Shown here: positions 1 to 11,137 of the stretch, in pieces | Layout: each line of letters begins with the position of its first letter | Position numbering within the stretch: position 1 is the first letter of the stretch | NCBI GenBank assembly: GCA_001938485.1 | Contig: MQRK01190690.1 | Location: 1-64,000, forward strand | Length of the DNA: 64,000 nucleotides | Direction: 5' to 3' | From: Girardia tigrina | Taxonomy: Eukaryota | Translations under genes and position numbers: made by a program | Notes under the pieces: generated by a model | Seen by the model: only the letters and a program-made list of their open reading frames with translations | Database searches by the model: none | Told to the model about the DNA's origin: nothing

Positions 1-117
1 ACATCTAAAATATCAATTTTCCATCTGGGTGGGAGAAACACATTTCCAAATACTAAACTCAAAATACAAAATTCAACAAACCAATTTCAACATACCAAAT
101 TTAAAATATTCCTCACA
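1..117 (-). repeat. Solo-LTR-like repeat family, copy a (runs off window)
   Basis: Minus strand starts TGTGAGGAATATT at 117 and carries the family core TCTCCCACCCAGATGG shared with eight other copies. Confidence 0.8.
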
Positions 118-989
118 ATTTTAAAAGGCGATTTTATTTTTGTGTGATAGATTTTTTTTCAAATAATTTAATAACAATTTGTCATATTGATCAGAAAAAG
201 AATTTATTTGCGGTATTCGAATGACATTTCGAATCATCGACATTTTCACAATTGATAATAATTCAAATCCAAATAATATCATGAAATTAAAAATTCGCCG
301 ATTTTTTATTTAACCACAATGATCGGTTTAAACAATTATTTTCTCGGAAACATATACACATAGACACACACAATTCTCCAATCAGAATTAATAATTACAT
401 TCACTTTTAGTGATCACATTCATTTAATTAGACAATTCCAACACACATTCACATAGATAAACATGCAATCAATATCAAATTTCATTTATACACACACACT
501 TATTTCTATCATAAAGACACTCAATTCTAATTGGTCCATTCAAATGGACAAAGAACATCACTCAATTCGATTAATTGCAATGCAAATTTAATCGATTTGA
601 ATAAAAATAATGATCAAACTGCACTGCTAATTGAACTAAAAATACCATCACGAAACAAGATGAAAGTGATTTTTTAATTATTTGAATTAATTTGAATTTA
701 ATATAGATTTTTATGTTCTTTATTTAATTACATAATTTTATTTATTTAATTTACTTCTTAATATAATATAATTAAGAAAATGGGCTCAAGTCAGTGACAA
801 AGGAATTCACAACGCGAACATGTATATTTATACGTTTATAAGAACGGTTGAAATTAGAATAATTAGTCTCCAAAAATAAAATTAGAATTAATAAAATTTA
901 AGTAAACCAAATTTATTATTTTTGGTATATATATTGAAATTGTTTTTTTGAATAAATTATTTTGTATAATTATGGTGTAACTTGGTGTA

Positions 990-1260
990 GTGGGGACGCT
1001 GCTCCGCCTCAAAGAAGACTCAACGAGTCCAATCACTGACCAATGACCCTGTTCGAGAAACCTAGACAAACTGCTAAATAACTCAAAAATCATACCGCAA
1101 TGGGAGGGCGGATTCGCTATAAACGCGTGACGGCCATCACGCCCAATTGTCAAAAAATTAATTTCGAGGCAGTTCGCCGGTCCGTCCGTCAGAACTCGAA
1201 TAGAGATGTCGAATGGAATGCCCATGCGCACAAAATCATCAATTGGCATAACCGAACCAA
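990..1260 (-). pseudogene. Diverged trypsin-like (S1) paralog fragment, C-terminal half
   Basis: ORF 863..1249 segment FDISIRVLTD...GRDGRHAFIANPPSHCGMIFELFSSLSRFLEQGH aligns, with short gaps, with the paralogs at 32338 and 55588 (PS..G..IF, L..F....H). Confidence 0.4.
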
Positions 1261-1519
1261 TAGGTGAAAAAAATCAGTAAAATCTCTAAATCAATTAGTA
1301 ACCAAACGAAACCCAAAATCAGTAAAAAATATATTTTTAAATTACAATTATTAAAACAACATCATTAAAATGTTTTTTTAATTAATTTCAGACATTTTTT
1401 TCTGTTCACATGTTATCGATTAAAAATTGAATTTCGCATTTTTTTACATTTTTTTGTTATTAAGTTTTGATTTTTATAGATTTTATTACCGATAAAATTT
1501 TACACATTAGCTGTGATTA

Positions 1520-1594
1520 AAAAAAATACGATTGATAAAATTAAATTAATAATTAAATTGATAATAATTAAATTAATAAATTATGGTCACTACA
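1520..1594 (-). repeat. 3' LTR (truncated)
   Basis: About 75 nt match to 4100-4174 with 3 mismatches; similarity stops at about 1520. Confidence 0.8.
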
Positions 1595-1603
1595 TCAGCC
1601 CCC
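1595..1603 (-). promoter_or_regulatory. Polypurine tract
   Basis: GGGGGCTGA immediately 5' of the TG start of the 3' LTR on the minus strand. Confidence 0.65.
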
Positions 1604-1774
1604 AACAATAAATGCGGAGCATGATGCGAATTATGGTTTGGTTGGAGAGACCTGTGAATCATTAAATTGGACCCATGGTGCAAATGAGAAAGAAAGGTTT
1701 TGTGGGTGTTGTGGAACGCCTCATTGTCCTTGATGTGGATGCAGGGTTTTAGTTTTGCGATGTTTACTTATTTA

Positions 1775-1957
1775 CATGTGGGTCCCCTGCCAAATTCCAA
1801 TGGTTTCACGTACTTCCTCACCATGATCGATCGGAACACGCGCTGGCCTGAAGCCTTTCCATTAAGGACAATAACAACTAAAACCATCGTTGACCATTTT
1901 ATCAACCACTGGATCGCCAGATTCGGTATTCCAAAGAGTATCATAACCGATCAAGGT
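1775..1957 (+). pseudogene. Gypsy integrase core (rve) fragment, inverted relative to its element
   Basis: HVGPLPNSNGFTYFLTMIDRNTRWPEAFPL...WIARFGIPKSIITDQG, a classic rve N-half. Confidence 0.9.
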
Positions 1958-2311
1958 CCGTTCGACACCTTGGACATCGATTGTGGCTGTGTTGTGATGA
2001 GCCAGGAGTTTGAGAAGTTTGTGAGGTCCAGTATATCTGTCTTGTAATGATGTTGGCGATTCCCGTTGCAGCTAGACAAATTTTGAGGTGGTTGATTCCT
2101 TCGGAATGAAGATTTTGTTGGCTCCGGGTTGTGTGGGAGTTCTATCCGACTGATGGAAGTGGTTGCGTGCTGCGGTGAGTAATGCATCATCTTTAGGAGC
2201 TTCGTTGAAGAAGAGCTCGTTGATGAAAGATGTGTTTGTGCCGAACAGTAACTGGGCCGATGAAGTTCCGTGGCGGCTGTGAGGAATATTTCTCCAACCA
2301 AGGAGGGCCAA
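1955..2311 (-). pseudogene. Gypsy integrase C-terminal region
   Basis: LALLGWRNIP...SSAQLLFG...RYTGPHKLL...TIDVQGVERT, continuing as VNIAKLKP from 1767 downward; one in-frame stop. Confidence 0.85.
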
Positions 2312-2406
2312 TGAAAAGGGGCTGTTGCTTATGTTGGCATTCTAAGTGAATAAACCGCAGCACTTGTCTACGTCCTTGCCATCTGCTGCTTGGATGGAAG
2401 GCGAAA

Positions 2407-2416
2407 CTAGTTTTTT
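2407..2416 (-). promoter_or_regulatory. -1 ribosomal frameshift slippery site at gag end
   Basis: A AAA AAC TAG. The -1 frame reads LVSPSIQAADGKDVDKCCGLFT*NANISNSPF, resembling the pre-protease start of pol. Confidence 0.75.
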
Positions 2417-3690
2417 GACGGTGAATATCTGCACCCGGGAGCGCTGGATCTGGCTTGATCATTATACTTGAAGTGCCAGATGCATGTGTCAGTCATTTCA
2501 AGCGTCGTGCGATTGCCCTTCCACTCGCAACCGGGCTGGAACCTCTTGACCTGAACGCCGAATTTGCTATGGTAATAGCAGAATAGGTCTCGTCTAGTTG
2601 TCGAGCTGTTTCTGTTGTTGATGTGCCGACTGTTGGATCTTGCGCGCTGCCGGTTGTTCGGTCCTGATCTCAGCAATGCGACAGTTGATGCTAACTCAGC
2701 CATGATGGCAGTCATCTGAGCCATCTGAGCTGTAAGTGCTTCGATCTGTCCGTTCTGTTGTGGCATTGTTCCCGAATTTGAGTTTCCGGTGGGGTTTGTG
2801 GCAACGGTGAAACACGTGTCGGTGTTGGCGGGCATTGTCTCGGCAATTCTGTCGGACATTACTGTCAATTTTTGTAGATCGGTGGTGCTAGTGGCTGCAA
2901 GAATAGCCTTATGTATCGCCGGAAGCGATTGGATGAAGAATTTCTTCAGAATCGCATTGTTCTTATCCTGGATGATGCCTAGTTGTTTCAACCCAAGATC
3001 GCTAATTACCAGTTGTAAGAATTGTGATGGCTTCAGTATGCCGATTTGTTGTGTCTTGAAATAGTTTTCAAAGACAACATCAAATTTGGGCTCGTGAGCC
3101 ATCATAATATGTCGCCGGAGTTGGTCGTGAGGTTCCGCATGTTGAATAATTGTCGCAAGATGTGGTGCGAGTATTTGAAGTTGTTCTCCTGGCATTGCGC
3201 TGAGTAGATTCTGGAACAGACTGTTCTGCGAATTGGGATACATCGCCTTGAATCTGAAGTCCATCAGGTCCAACCAAACTTTGGGTGATCCAGTTTGATC
3301 TACAAAGAAAGTGGGCGGCGCAGTCTGCAAGGCATTCGTGCTAACAGAATCAACTGAAGTATGATCGGTGTCGGTATCGTTACCCCCCAGTAATCTGGTG
3401 TGATAGTCAAGCATAGCGTTGTCTGTAATGCCGTATTGTAGCCATGTTAAGCAACCTCTTAATGGTTTGTGACCGTAAGTCAGATAAAATTGAGGTCTAG
3501 TACTAGTTTGGATAGTTGCCATGAAAGATTTGATTGTGGACATTGGGTTGACAGTGAACACTTCACACGATATTTCGGAAAACCCCATTATACTAAGCGA
3601 TATGCGTCGTCTGTGTGACGGCATTGTTGTGGTTGTTATCTGTTTATCACAAGGTATAGTGACTGTTTCTGTGTTTTTAAATTTTGTCAT
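2407..3690 (-). CDS. gag: Gag-like protein with N-terminal ubiquitin-like domain (aa ~28-103, ends RLLGG)
   Basis: 427-aa open ORF. Gag signatures PPTFF..P..WL..F, KPSQFL, FIQSLP..AIL, L...SDRI and two CxxH-type knuckles (CYYHSKFG..., CIWHFKY...). The N-terminal part matches the ubiquitin/FUBI pattern LTYGHKPL...LQYGI..AML....RLLGG. Confidence 0.88.
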   Translation of the reverse strand: MTKFKNTETVTIPCDKQITTTTMPSHRRRISLSIMGFSEISCEVFTVNPMSTIKSFMATIQTSTRPQFYLTYGHKPLRGCLTWLQYGITDNAMLDYHTRLLGGNDTDTDHTSVDSVSTNALQTAPPTFFVDQTGSPKVWLDLMDFRFKAMYPNSQNSLFQNLLSAMPGEQLQILAPHLATIIQHAEPHDQLRRHIMMAHEPKFDVVFENYFKTQQIGILKPSQFLQLVISDLGLKQLGIIQDKNNAILKKFFIQSLPAIHKAILAATSTTDLQKLTVMSDRIAETMPANTDTCFTVATNPTGNSNSGTMPQQNGQIEALTAQMAQMTAIMAELASTVALLRSGPNNRQRARSNSRHINNRNSSTTRRDLFCYYHSKFGVQVKRFQPGCEWKGNRTTLEMTDTCIWHFKYNDQARSSAPGCRYSPSKN

Positions 3691-4099
3691 GTGGCCATTG
3701 ATGTGGTAGTTATTGTAGGATAGTGAGGTTCAACCTTTAATATGGATGTGATGTATAGTTGGTGTACATTGCCTGTTGTGTGTGTGTGTTGAGACATGTT
3801 GGATGTTGTGAAGGTGCTGATGTTTGTTAACCCTCTGCGGTTCTCTTGTGTGAGTCTTGTGGGAATGGTGTATGATGTACGTGTTATTTATACAGAGTGA
3901 CGATGTGTATTGTTTTGTATGTGAGGAATGGTGATATGATCTGTGCTGTTACTTTTGATTCTCTCGAGTTGTTATTTTTCCCTTTACATATAGGTTGATC
4001 AGAATATTTACAATAATTGATTGAAATATTAATATACTTAATATTGCTATTAAAATTAGAATTATTTTTATTTACAATAATTAGAGTAAAAGAGAAAAT

Positions 4100-4174
4100 A
4101 AAAAAATACGATTGATAAAATTAAATGAATAATTAAATTGATAATAATTCAATTAATAAATTGTGGTCACTACA
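4100..4174 (-). repeat. 5' LTR (matched portion)
   Basis: Begins TGTAGTGACCAC on the minus strand and matches 1520-1594; its true 3' end is not defined. Confidence 0.8.
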
Positions 4175-4269
4175 CTTGGTGTCGGAACAAACCAAACCTA
4201 ACATGGTGAACTCGACCTTGAAAATACTCCTGGATAGAGTAGTTCTAAACCGATACACAAAGAGCGAAT

Positions 4270-4630
4270 TCTTTTTAATTCTTTCTTACTTCTTTCTTTT
4301 GGACGTTATTCGTTTGACCGTGGATGCCCTAAATTAAGGAGAGGCCTTCGCCACATCTTTATCTGTAGCCTCTTTTCTCAGACCTTATCTATTAAATCCT
4401 CTCCCTTCTTTTAAATCGTCTGTCCATTGTCTCTTTGGTCTTCATCTTGGTCTTTCGCCTTCCACTTTTCCTACAATCATAACCTTCGCTTCCAAACAAA
4501 GTCATTGGTCTTCTTTTCTTTCCACTTGATCTTCAGCATTCTCCTGTAGCATTTCATTTCAAACGCTTTAAGTCTATCAATGCTCTTTGTTTTATTGTCC
4601 AACTCTCGCATCCATTGAAAAGTGTTGATC
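4270..4630 (-). mobile_element. RTE-clade non-LTR retrotransposon 3' remnant
   Basis: STLFNGCESWTIK and IVGKVEGERPR*RPKRQWTDDLK, typical RTE ORF C-terminus, degraded. Confidence 0.8.
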
Positions 4631-4989
4631 TTTATTTTGCCATTGAGGTTGATTTCATTTCAAGCTGACAAAACCACAGAAAGCATATGATGAGGTCAAC
4701 CACAATGTCAATAATTTCGATGACAGATCGGAAAACGTTGTCCAGGAATGCAATCTGGAATGGTCATGTGCCGAAATACGGTAACTTTTTATCTTGGATG
4801 AAAATAGTTATTTTACCTTTATTTTTATAATGAATTTTCCTATTCCAAACAGTGTTTTCTATCAAGTGTTAAGAATAAAATACTAGTGTCACTTGACCAT
4901 AAAATATTATGATCAGTTCAACACGAGTTATGTTACATAACACTTCAATACATGTTACTTTTAAAAATAGAATTGGCAACAAAGTCGTT

Positions 4990-7190
4990 TTCTGAATATA
5001 TAACCCGGGTTGGGTTTCTTTCTCGTCTTTCTTTCACTCAACATAATTCTACCACAGCACTGCGAAGATCGAATTGGCAGGTCCCCTTTCAATTCATTGC
5101 GATGATCATGCGAGAGTTGGCTGCCTCTGCTGAGGTTCTCGTCCGATGGGCTGATACGCTCAAGTTGTATAAAGAAATAAGCCTGTCAGGAAGTATGCTG
5201 GGAAGAGTGAGTGTTACCGAAGACGATATTACTTTTAAAAGTACGCCGCTGCACCGCTCTAGAAAGGTTTTCAACTTCAATTAGGGTAAAACATTTATTG
5301 GCCATTGCTTAATACTGTCATCTGCAAAGCGCTGGATTTCTTCTGTAAACAAATGTCATGATATTTTTACTCCTGCATTGATAAGTATTTCGAGTCCTAC
5401 TGTTTGCAAAAGAGTTATTGTACCTAGGACAACTTCTTATTTCACATCAAATCGCTCTCCAAGGTAATTCTGTGCTGATTATCCAATTTCGAGGAGCACC
5501 ACATCATGATTTCTTAAAGTTGGCAAATTCATGTTAACAGCTCTTAAAATGAGTCTCTGTTTCCTGGGGTTGTAGTTTCTTTTCCTCTCCACCAAGATAG
5601 GGGGGCCCTGGGTATAAGGTCTAATTTACGAAGTGTCTGTGAGGAATATTTTAAATTTTTGATTTTTTGTGTTTGAATTCTGTGTGTTAATTTGGAATTG
5701 GGTCTCTCTTACCCAGACGGATGATTAATATTTAAATTGTTATTAACTAAAAATATGTAAAATTTAAATTTATTTTTAATTTCAAATAATTTTAAAATTT
5801 TAAATAAGTTAAATAATTTTTATAATTTTTATTAAATAAATCAAATTAATAGTTTTTTAAATAATTAATAATAATTTTAATTTTTATCCAATACGTTTTG
5901 AATAAATATTTTAATAGATTATTTATTTCTCAATTTGCTAAAAAATAATAAGAATTAATTCATTAATCAATTTAGTTTAGCATGCACTCGTACGAAAGCT
6001 TTGACAAAGATTGTCTTATGGACAATCCAAATTGTTGTGTAAATAAAAATACGAAAAGTCAAATCGGTGTTCTTAATAGTGCCGAATCACTATTGCTTAT
6101 TATCTCTGGTAGAATCAGGTCGTCACGCTGTAGCTACTTTTGAAAATCATGAAATATTTTCAAAACATCAACTATGAGACCGTTAAAAGAAACTTGATGC
6201 GATTCATATGGCCATGTCTTCAAATATCGCCGTGCTGTTACTCTCTCTGTTTTTGATTCACCTTTCACTTCTGAAAACTTAGAAACTTCCTTGCAGACGT
6301 AAAGTTTATGACGAATGGCCGTTAAAAGGTTGACTATATGCTTCGCAAAATATAACTTCGTAATGAGCAGGGAAATGATTCACCGTTGGTTGAAATTGAT
6401 GCAGGGGTTTAGCTGTCTTTTTAGAATTCCTAAAGAAGATAGCTAAATTTTAAATCCAGATACGTAGCTCCTTAATGCCTCATACAGTGCTTTTAAAAGC
6501 TAGGTCGCTTTTTTGAACAGAACACCAGAGCGCCAATAGATCATAGAAAAGAACATAGAAAAGACTAGCGAGGCGGAGTGATCGACCCGGCGATTGAATA
6601 AATCGACTGTTACGTAGACTAAAATTACATCTCGGACAAGTCAGGTTAAACATGAACTGTTATAGTGTAATTGGTTGTGCGATTTAGATGCTGGTCATAC
6701 GGTAGCTAACGAATGCGTTGAACTCGATCAGATCAACATCATTTCAGACGCGGTTACACACAAAGACCCGTCCCGCAATAACTTCATTCTCGCGAAGACT
6801 GTTAATAATTTTGGACCTGTTTACTTGAGTTAGATACCTTGAGGGCAAGTTGTTTGCAGAAAGAGTGCTTATCAGACTGTCATTATAAACGTCCTCGGCG
6901 AGTTAGATAAGAAACTCCACAACTTCCACACGGTACTTTTCCTAACATTTCAGTCAAGGGTGATAAGAAAACTTAATTTTCCACTTTAATTCTAAATCGA
7001 CATATCACACTGCTGCCTTATGGAAGATGGAATCAAGGTGATCTATGGCAACGTTTTACAGTTTTATCTGCACGGCAGCCAATAAGCCAAGTGAACAGTG
7101 CAATTGTGAACAAACTTGGAAGCTGCATTCACAAACTTTTCACACATTCTACAATTCACATATTGTGTTTTACACTTCCCTTCAGCATAT
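4990..7190 (-). mobile_element. hAT-like transposase pseudogene, interrupted by a solo-LTR-like copy
   Basis: Ordered motifs DVYNDS..TLSANNLPSRYL, WCSVQKSDLAF, FPAHYEV.F, RLISLYNL...ANSRMIIAMN, FDLRSAV...KERR; many stops and frameshifts. Confidence 0.65.
5638..6085 (+). repeat. Solo-LTR-like repeat family, copy b (near full length)
   Basis: Starts TGTGAGGAATATT, has the core CTTACCCAGACGG, the palindrome GATTGTC-N5-GACAATC (6009-6027), then AATAAA; colinear with 36160-36609. Confidence 0.85.
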
Positions 7191-7199
7191 GCTAACATA

Positions 7200-8529
7200 C
7201 GATTGGTGTCCCAAAAGTTCGTGGACTAATAAGAACAATAAATTCAAAAAGTTTATTCCAGTTAACAAAATTGGTCAATCCTCATCAGAATCGCTATCGA
7301 ACTTTTCAATATAATCACCATTCAGTTTCACACACTTCCCATCTCCGTGTTAACTTCCTAACACCATTATCGAAGAAAATATGCGCTGTCTCCGCAATCC
7401 ACGCACTGACTGCTGTTTTCATTTCATCCAAATTCGTGAAAGGATGTCCTCGAAGGGGTTTCTTCAATGCCGAGGAAAGCTGATAATCACTCATTGCGAG
7501 GTCCAGTGAATATGGGGGATGAGGCAAAAGTGTGCAGCCCAATCGTTGCACGGTACTGACAGTCAACTTCGCTGTATGAGGACGTGCATTGTCCTGATGC
7601 AATAATGGGATGGATGACAACTTTCCCCACCGTTTTTTCTTGAGAGCTTTGCACAGATCTTAGTCGAGCAGGTTCGTGTAGTATGCGCTGTTGATAATGA
7701 ACTCCTTTGGCACGATCAATGTGAATTATCCCATCACAGTTCAAAAAGACGGTAACCAATACCTTCCCGGCTGAACTGACTGTCTTCGCCTTTAAAGTGG
7801 GTCTGTCACTTGGGCGGCACCATTGACGGACTGCTCCTTGGTTTCGAGAAGATAAAACGGGAGCCACGTTTCGTCCACTGTCACAATCCGTGACCAGAAT
7901 GTCTCACCGAAATTATGAACCATTTGCAGCAGTTCTTGACAAGCAGACTTTCGATTAGCCTTCTGGTCGTTGTTGAGGAGGCGTGGCACCTACCTGGCAG
8001 TCAGTTTCCTCATATGCAGCTCCTCTGACATGATGCGGTGCACCTGACTTTTAGAAACGCCTGTAATAGCTGCTATCCCGCGGATAGTGAGACATCTGTC
8101 ACCAAGAATGACTTCTTCGATAATTTTCACATTTTCTTGACATCCAGACGTTGTTGGTCACCCGTTGCGTTCATCATCGGATGATGATTGACACCATGTC
8201 TGGAATCGTTGTACCCACTTAAAGACTGCCGTTCTTCCCATAGCGGCAACACCAAAGACGCGGTGTAAACAGTACAAAATATCTGCAGTGGGAGTGTCTT
8301 CCTTCCAGAGGAAATAGATGATTGCTCGTTGAGATTTCACTGCCTCTTTCATACTAACTACAAAAGAGAAAAATGACAAATTAATATATTCGTATGTCAC
8401 ACAAATGTCGACGGGCAGCCAATGAGAGTTCACCTCAATTACAATTGTACACACACCGCGCGTTACAGTCACGCATACACATGACCACGCCATATTCTCT
8501 AAGCCCGTGAACTTTTCGGACACCCCTCG
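7200..8529 (-). mobile_element. Full-length mariner (DD34D) element, transposase pseudogenised
   Basis: TIRs CGATTGGTGTCCCAAAAGTTC / CGAGGGGTGTCCGAAAAGTTC flanked by TA. Motifs IVTVDETW, LHQDNARPH, HPPYSLDLAMSD (34 spacing); frameshifts. Confidence 0.95.
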
Positions 8530-8591
8530 TATATTCTTCAAAGTAGTCATTACTATTTTCAACTTACCATTTTAAATTAACTTTTCTGTGC

Positions 8592-8750
8592 TTGTACCAT
8601 TTCATAGTATTACAAGAAGTGCTGATAGGAGATTTTTCTGTTGCGAAGGAGCCAATATGTGTATTTGTGATTGAGTATTCTGCTATAACAGCGAAGTTTA
8701 AATCTTCTGTTTTTGCAAAAACATCAGGTTATCATCACAAAAAATATAAA
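8592..8750 (+). pseudogene. Trypsin-like fragment
   Basis: EVLIGDFSVAKE..FVIEYSAITAKFKSSVF then NIRL after a frameshift, resembling V.LG.H...V...HP.F...NDIAL. Confidence 0.35.
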
Positions 8751-9109
8751 GGTAGTTTTAAAAATCGATTTAAAAAATTACCTCCCCCCAGTCCACACTT
8801 TTGCCTTGGACTGGGAAGGCATTTTCGGTCACTGTGGGGGGGCAAATGCCCCTCCCCCAATCAATATGTTAAAAAAGGCCCTGTTATCTGGTCAATCCTT
8901 TAGACGCACGCAAGTCTTGAAGAGTCATCGGTCAATCCAAACTGAGCAATTACTTCCATGATCGGGTTTCAAATCAAAATTTATATCAACTCGCATTATT
9001 TAAATTACTTTTATTTATTAAATGCTGATTTTTCATTTTATAGATTTTTTTTCAATTATAGATTTTAATATTTTATAAACAAAAATATTTATTGCATTTA
9101 TTTATCTAA

Positions 9110-9670
9110 CAAACAATGCTGTGCAACCATTGACGTTTACTGTTCCAGTTGCGTACGTTCATCCTCGTCCAGTGCCGCGTAGATTCACATGGACAAAGTT
9201 TTTCATGTAATATTTTAGTGTTAATAACTTTATAATCTTTATCGAAACATTTTGCTTCCATGGAACTGGTAGAACCCCGTTGCATCTGGAATGACCAAAC
9301 TGGTTACTCGCAACCATGTCAAGTCTCTAGCTCTATCAAATAAGTTCTTTCAACTCTTTTTCACACTTTTGTAATTATCGGACAAAATTTCAATTGTTAT
9401 TTATTTAGAGCGAATTTGAATTATTATTTATCTGTGAACGATTTAAAATCATAAATTAACAATTTTTTGTGAATATCATCGATATTTTATGTTTGAACAT
9501 GGAATTCTCCATTCTCTTCTGTACATATTGGTGAGCATAACGATGATCAGTCTAAATAAAAACAAATGGGCCCAGCACAAAGCGTCCGAACACCGAAGCG
9601 CCCCTGTACTTCTGCTACCACCGGCCAGTCTTCTGGTACACCTGGAGATCATATGGGACAATAATAAATG
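9110..9670 (+). pseudogene. Trypsin-like paralog (multi-exon relic)
   Basis: QPLTFTVPVAYVHP, FASMELVEP...YSQPCQ, and VSITMISLN...EHRSAPVLL in the same register as GDSGGP. Confidence 0.55.
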
Positions 9671-10055
9671 TAAAATTTTGTATTATTTTGTTTACGAAAG
9701 GTTTATTTCAATGAATCTAATTTTTCATTTGTTTATTAATGTTATTAACCAATTTAATTAATTAATATTTTCATTGAAAATTCTTTTATTTAAAACTTTT
9801 CATTGTATTTCTATACGTACAATTTTACAATATTTTTATTTTAACTTGAATTTAGTTTTTAATCCGTGTTGAATAATATTAGCTCAAGAATAATAATAAA
9901 TTGGATAACCTATGGAAATAAATAAATAACAAGAGCGATATCTTGTCTTTCAAACAACAAGAATTTGGCACAATAGCGTTAGATACAAGATTGAGAAGAA
10001 AGAAAGAGAAACAAATGAATTTGTAAGAAGTAATCATTGTTTCGATAGAAAGGCG

Positions 10056-10700
10056 ATGTTGTTTTCAATTATTCAGGGAACAATGGCGACTCTCAACCCA
10101 GTCTCGTCATTCAATACACTCAATCAGTTTTTAAAAGCAGTCGGAATTAGTTCTTTTTCTAGCGTACTTCCGTTGAGAATTCACATTGTTTTGAGGAAAC
10201 TCCTCTTCAACCCTCAATCAGTTAAGACATCAACTAGGATCGAGCATGAATTACAACATCCGCATTTGCGATGGCTTCAGCTGCGCAGTCTCCCTCTTTC
10301 AATTTTATTTCTTTTAACAACATTTATCCATTAATAATCGCTTAAATTTACTCAATTATTCCACAAAATTACAAAAGTCAATTGATTAAATATTACTTTA
10401 ATTATGCCTGATCATTTTTCTTCATCATTATCACTATTATTATTTTCGACGTCGTCACAGCTATGGTAATGAGTCTTGCCACTTCTAAAGACGAAAAGTA
10501 TTTAGGAAATTATTTGAATTACCTTTCAAAAATATATTTAATTAAAATTAATTAATTGTTTTAATTATTTTATACATCCTCCAAGGTCTCTTTGACTTTC
10601 AATTTCTTATGAATCTCTGCCATTTGTAGGAAAAGTTGTTGGTGAACGCCAAATTGATGTACTTCTTTCCGACTTGTTTTCTGCGATCACTATTACTGCA
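10056..10700 (+). pseudogene. Trypsin-like paralog
   Basis: Open 92-aa frame IIQG...IHIVL...RIEHELQHP...LSILFL, with later HSYGN and LLSDLFS islands. Confidence 0.4.
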
Positions 10701-10707
10701 TTTTTAG

Positions 10708-11137
10708 AAATATTTTCATGTTTGAATGTGTATGTTGACTTGGAATTGTGTCTCTCCACCCAGATGGATGATTAATGTTTTAATTCTTATTATCTAAAAA
10801 TATGTTATGTTTAAATTTATTTCTAATTTAAAATAATTGTAAAATTTTAAATAAGTTTATTAATTTTATTTATAATTTTTAAATAAGTAAATTAAATTAA
10901 TATTTTTTAAATAAATAATAATCATTTAAATTTTAACCAATAAAATTTTAAATAAATATTTTAACAATATATGTATTTCTCGATTTGCTCAGATAATAAG
11001 ATTAAAGTCATTAATTAATTAGACGAATGTAATCTCACGAAAGCTTTGGCAAAGATTGTCTGGAGGACAATCAAACTTGTTATGTTAATAAAAATCATCG
11101 ACCTCCAAATTCTGGTTACTTCTAAATGAGTCCTACA
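10708..11137 (+). repeat. Solo-LTR-like repeat family, copy c
   Basis: Core TCTCTCCACCCAGATGG, palindrome GATTGTC-TGGAG-GACAATC (11054-11072), AATAAA, ends ...CCTACA. Confidence 0.85.

Larger units (their letters stand above)
1520..4174 (-). mobile_element. Ty3/gypsy LTR retrotransposon, non-autonomous internal-deletion derivative (intact UBL-Gag, pol largely deleted)
   Basis: Direct repeats 1520-1594 and 4100-4174 both begin TGTAGTGACC on the minus strand. A purine tract precedes the 3' copy. Gag ORF, -1 slippery site and integrase fragments lie between them. Confidence 0.9.

Noticed and set aside
3985-4010. Candidate primer-binding site of the UBL-Gag element
   Set aside because: No clear TGG-initiated tRNA complement, and the LTR 3' end is undefined.
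8820-8883. GC-rich hAT-like terminus (CAGGGCC on minus); similar stubs at 52583-52640 and 55940-56021
   Set aside because: No partner TIR or 8-bp TSD found, so no element can be delimited.
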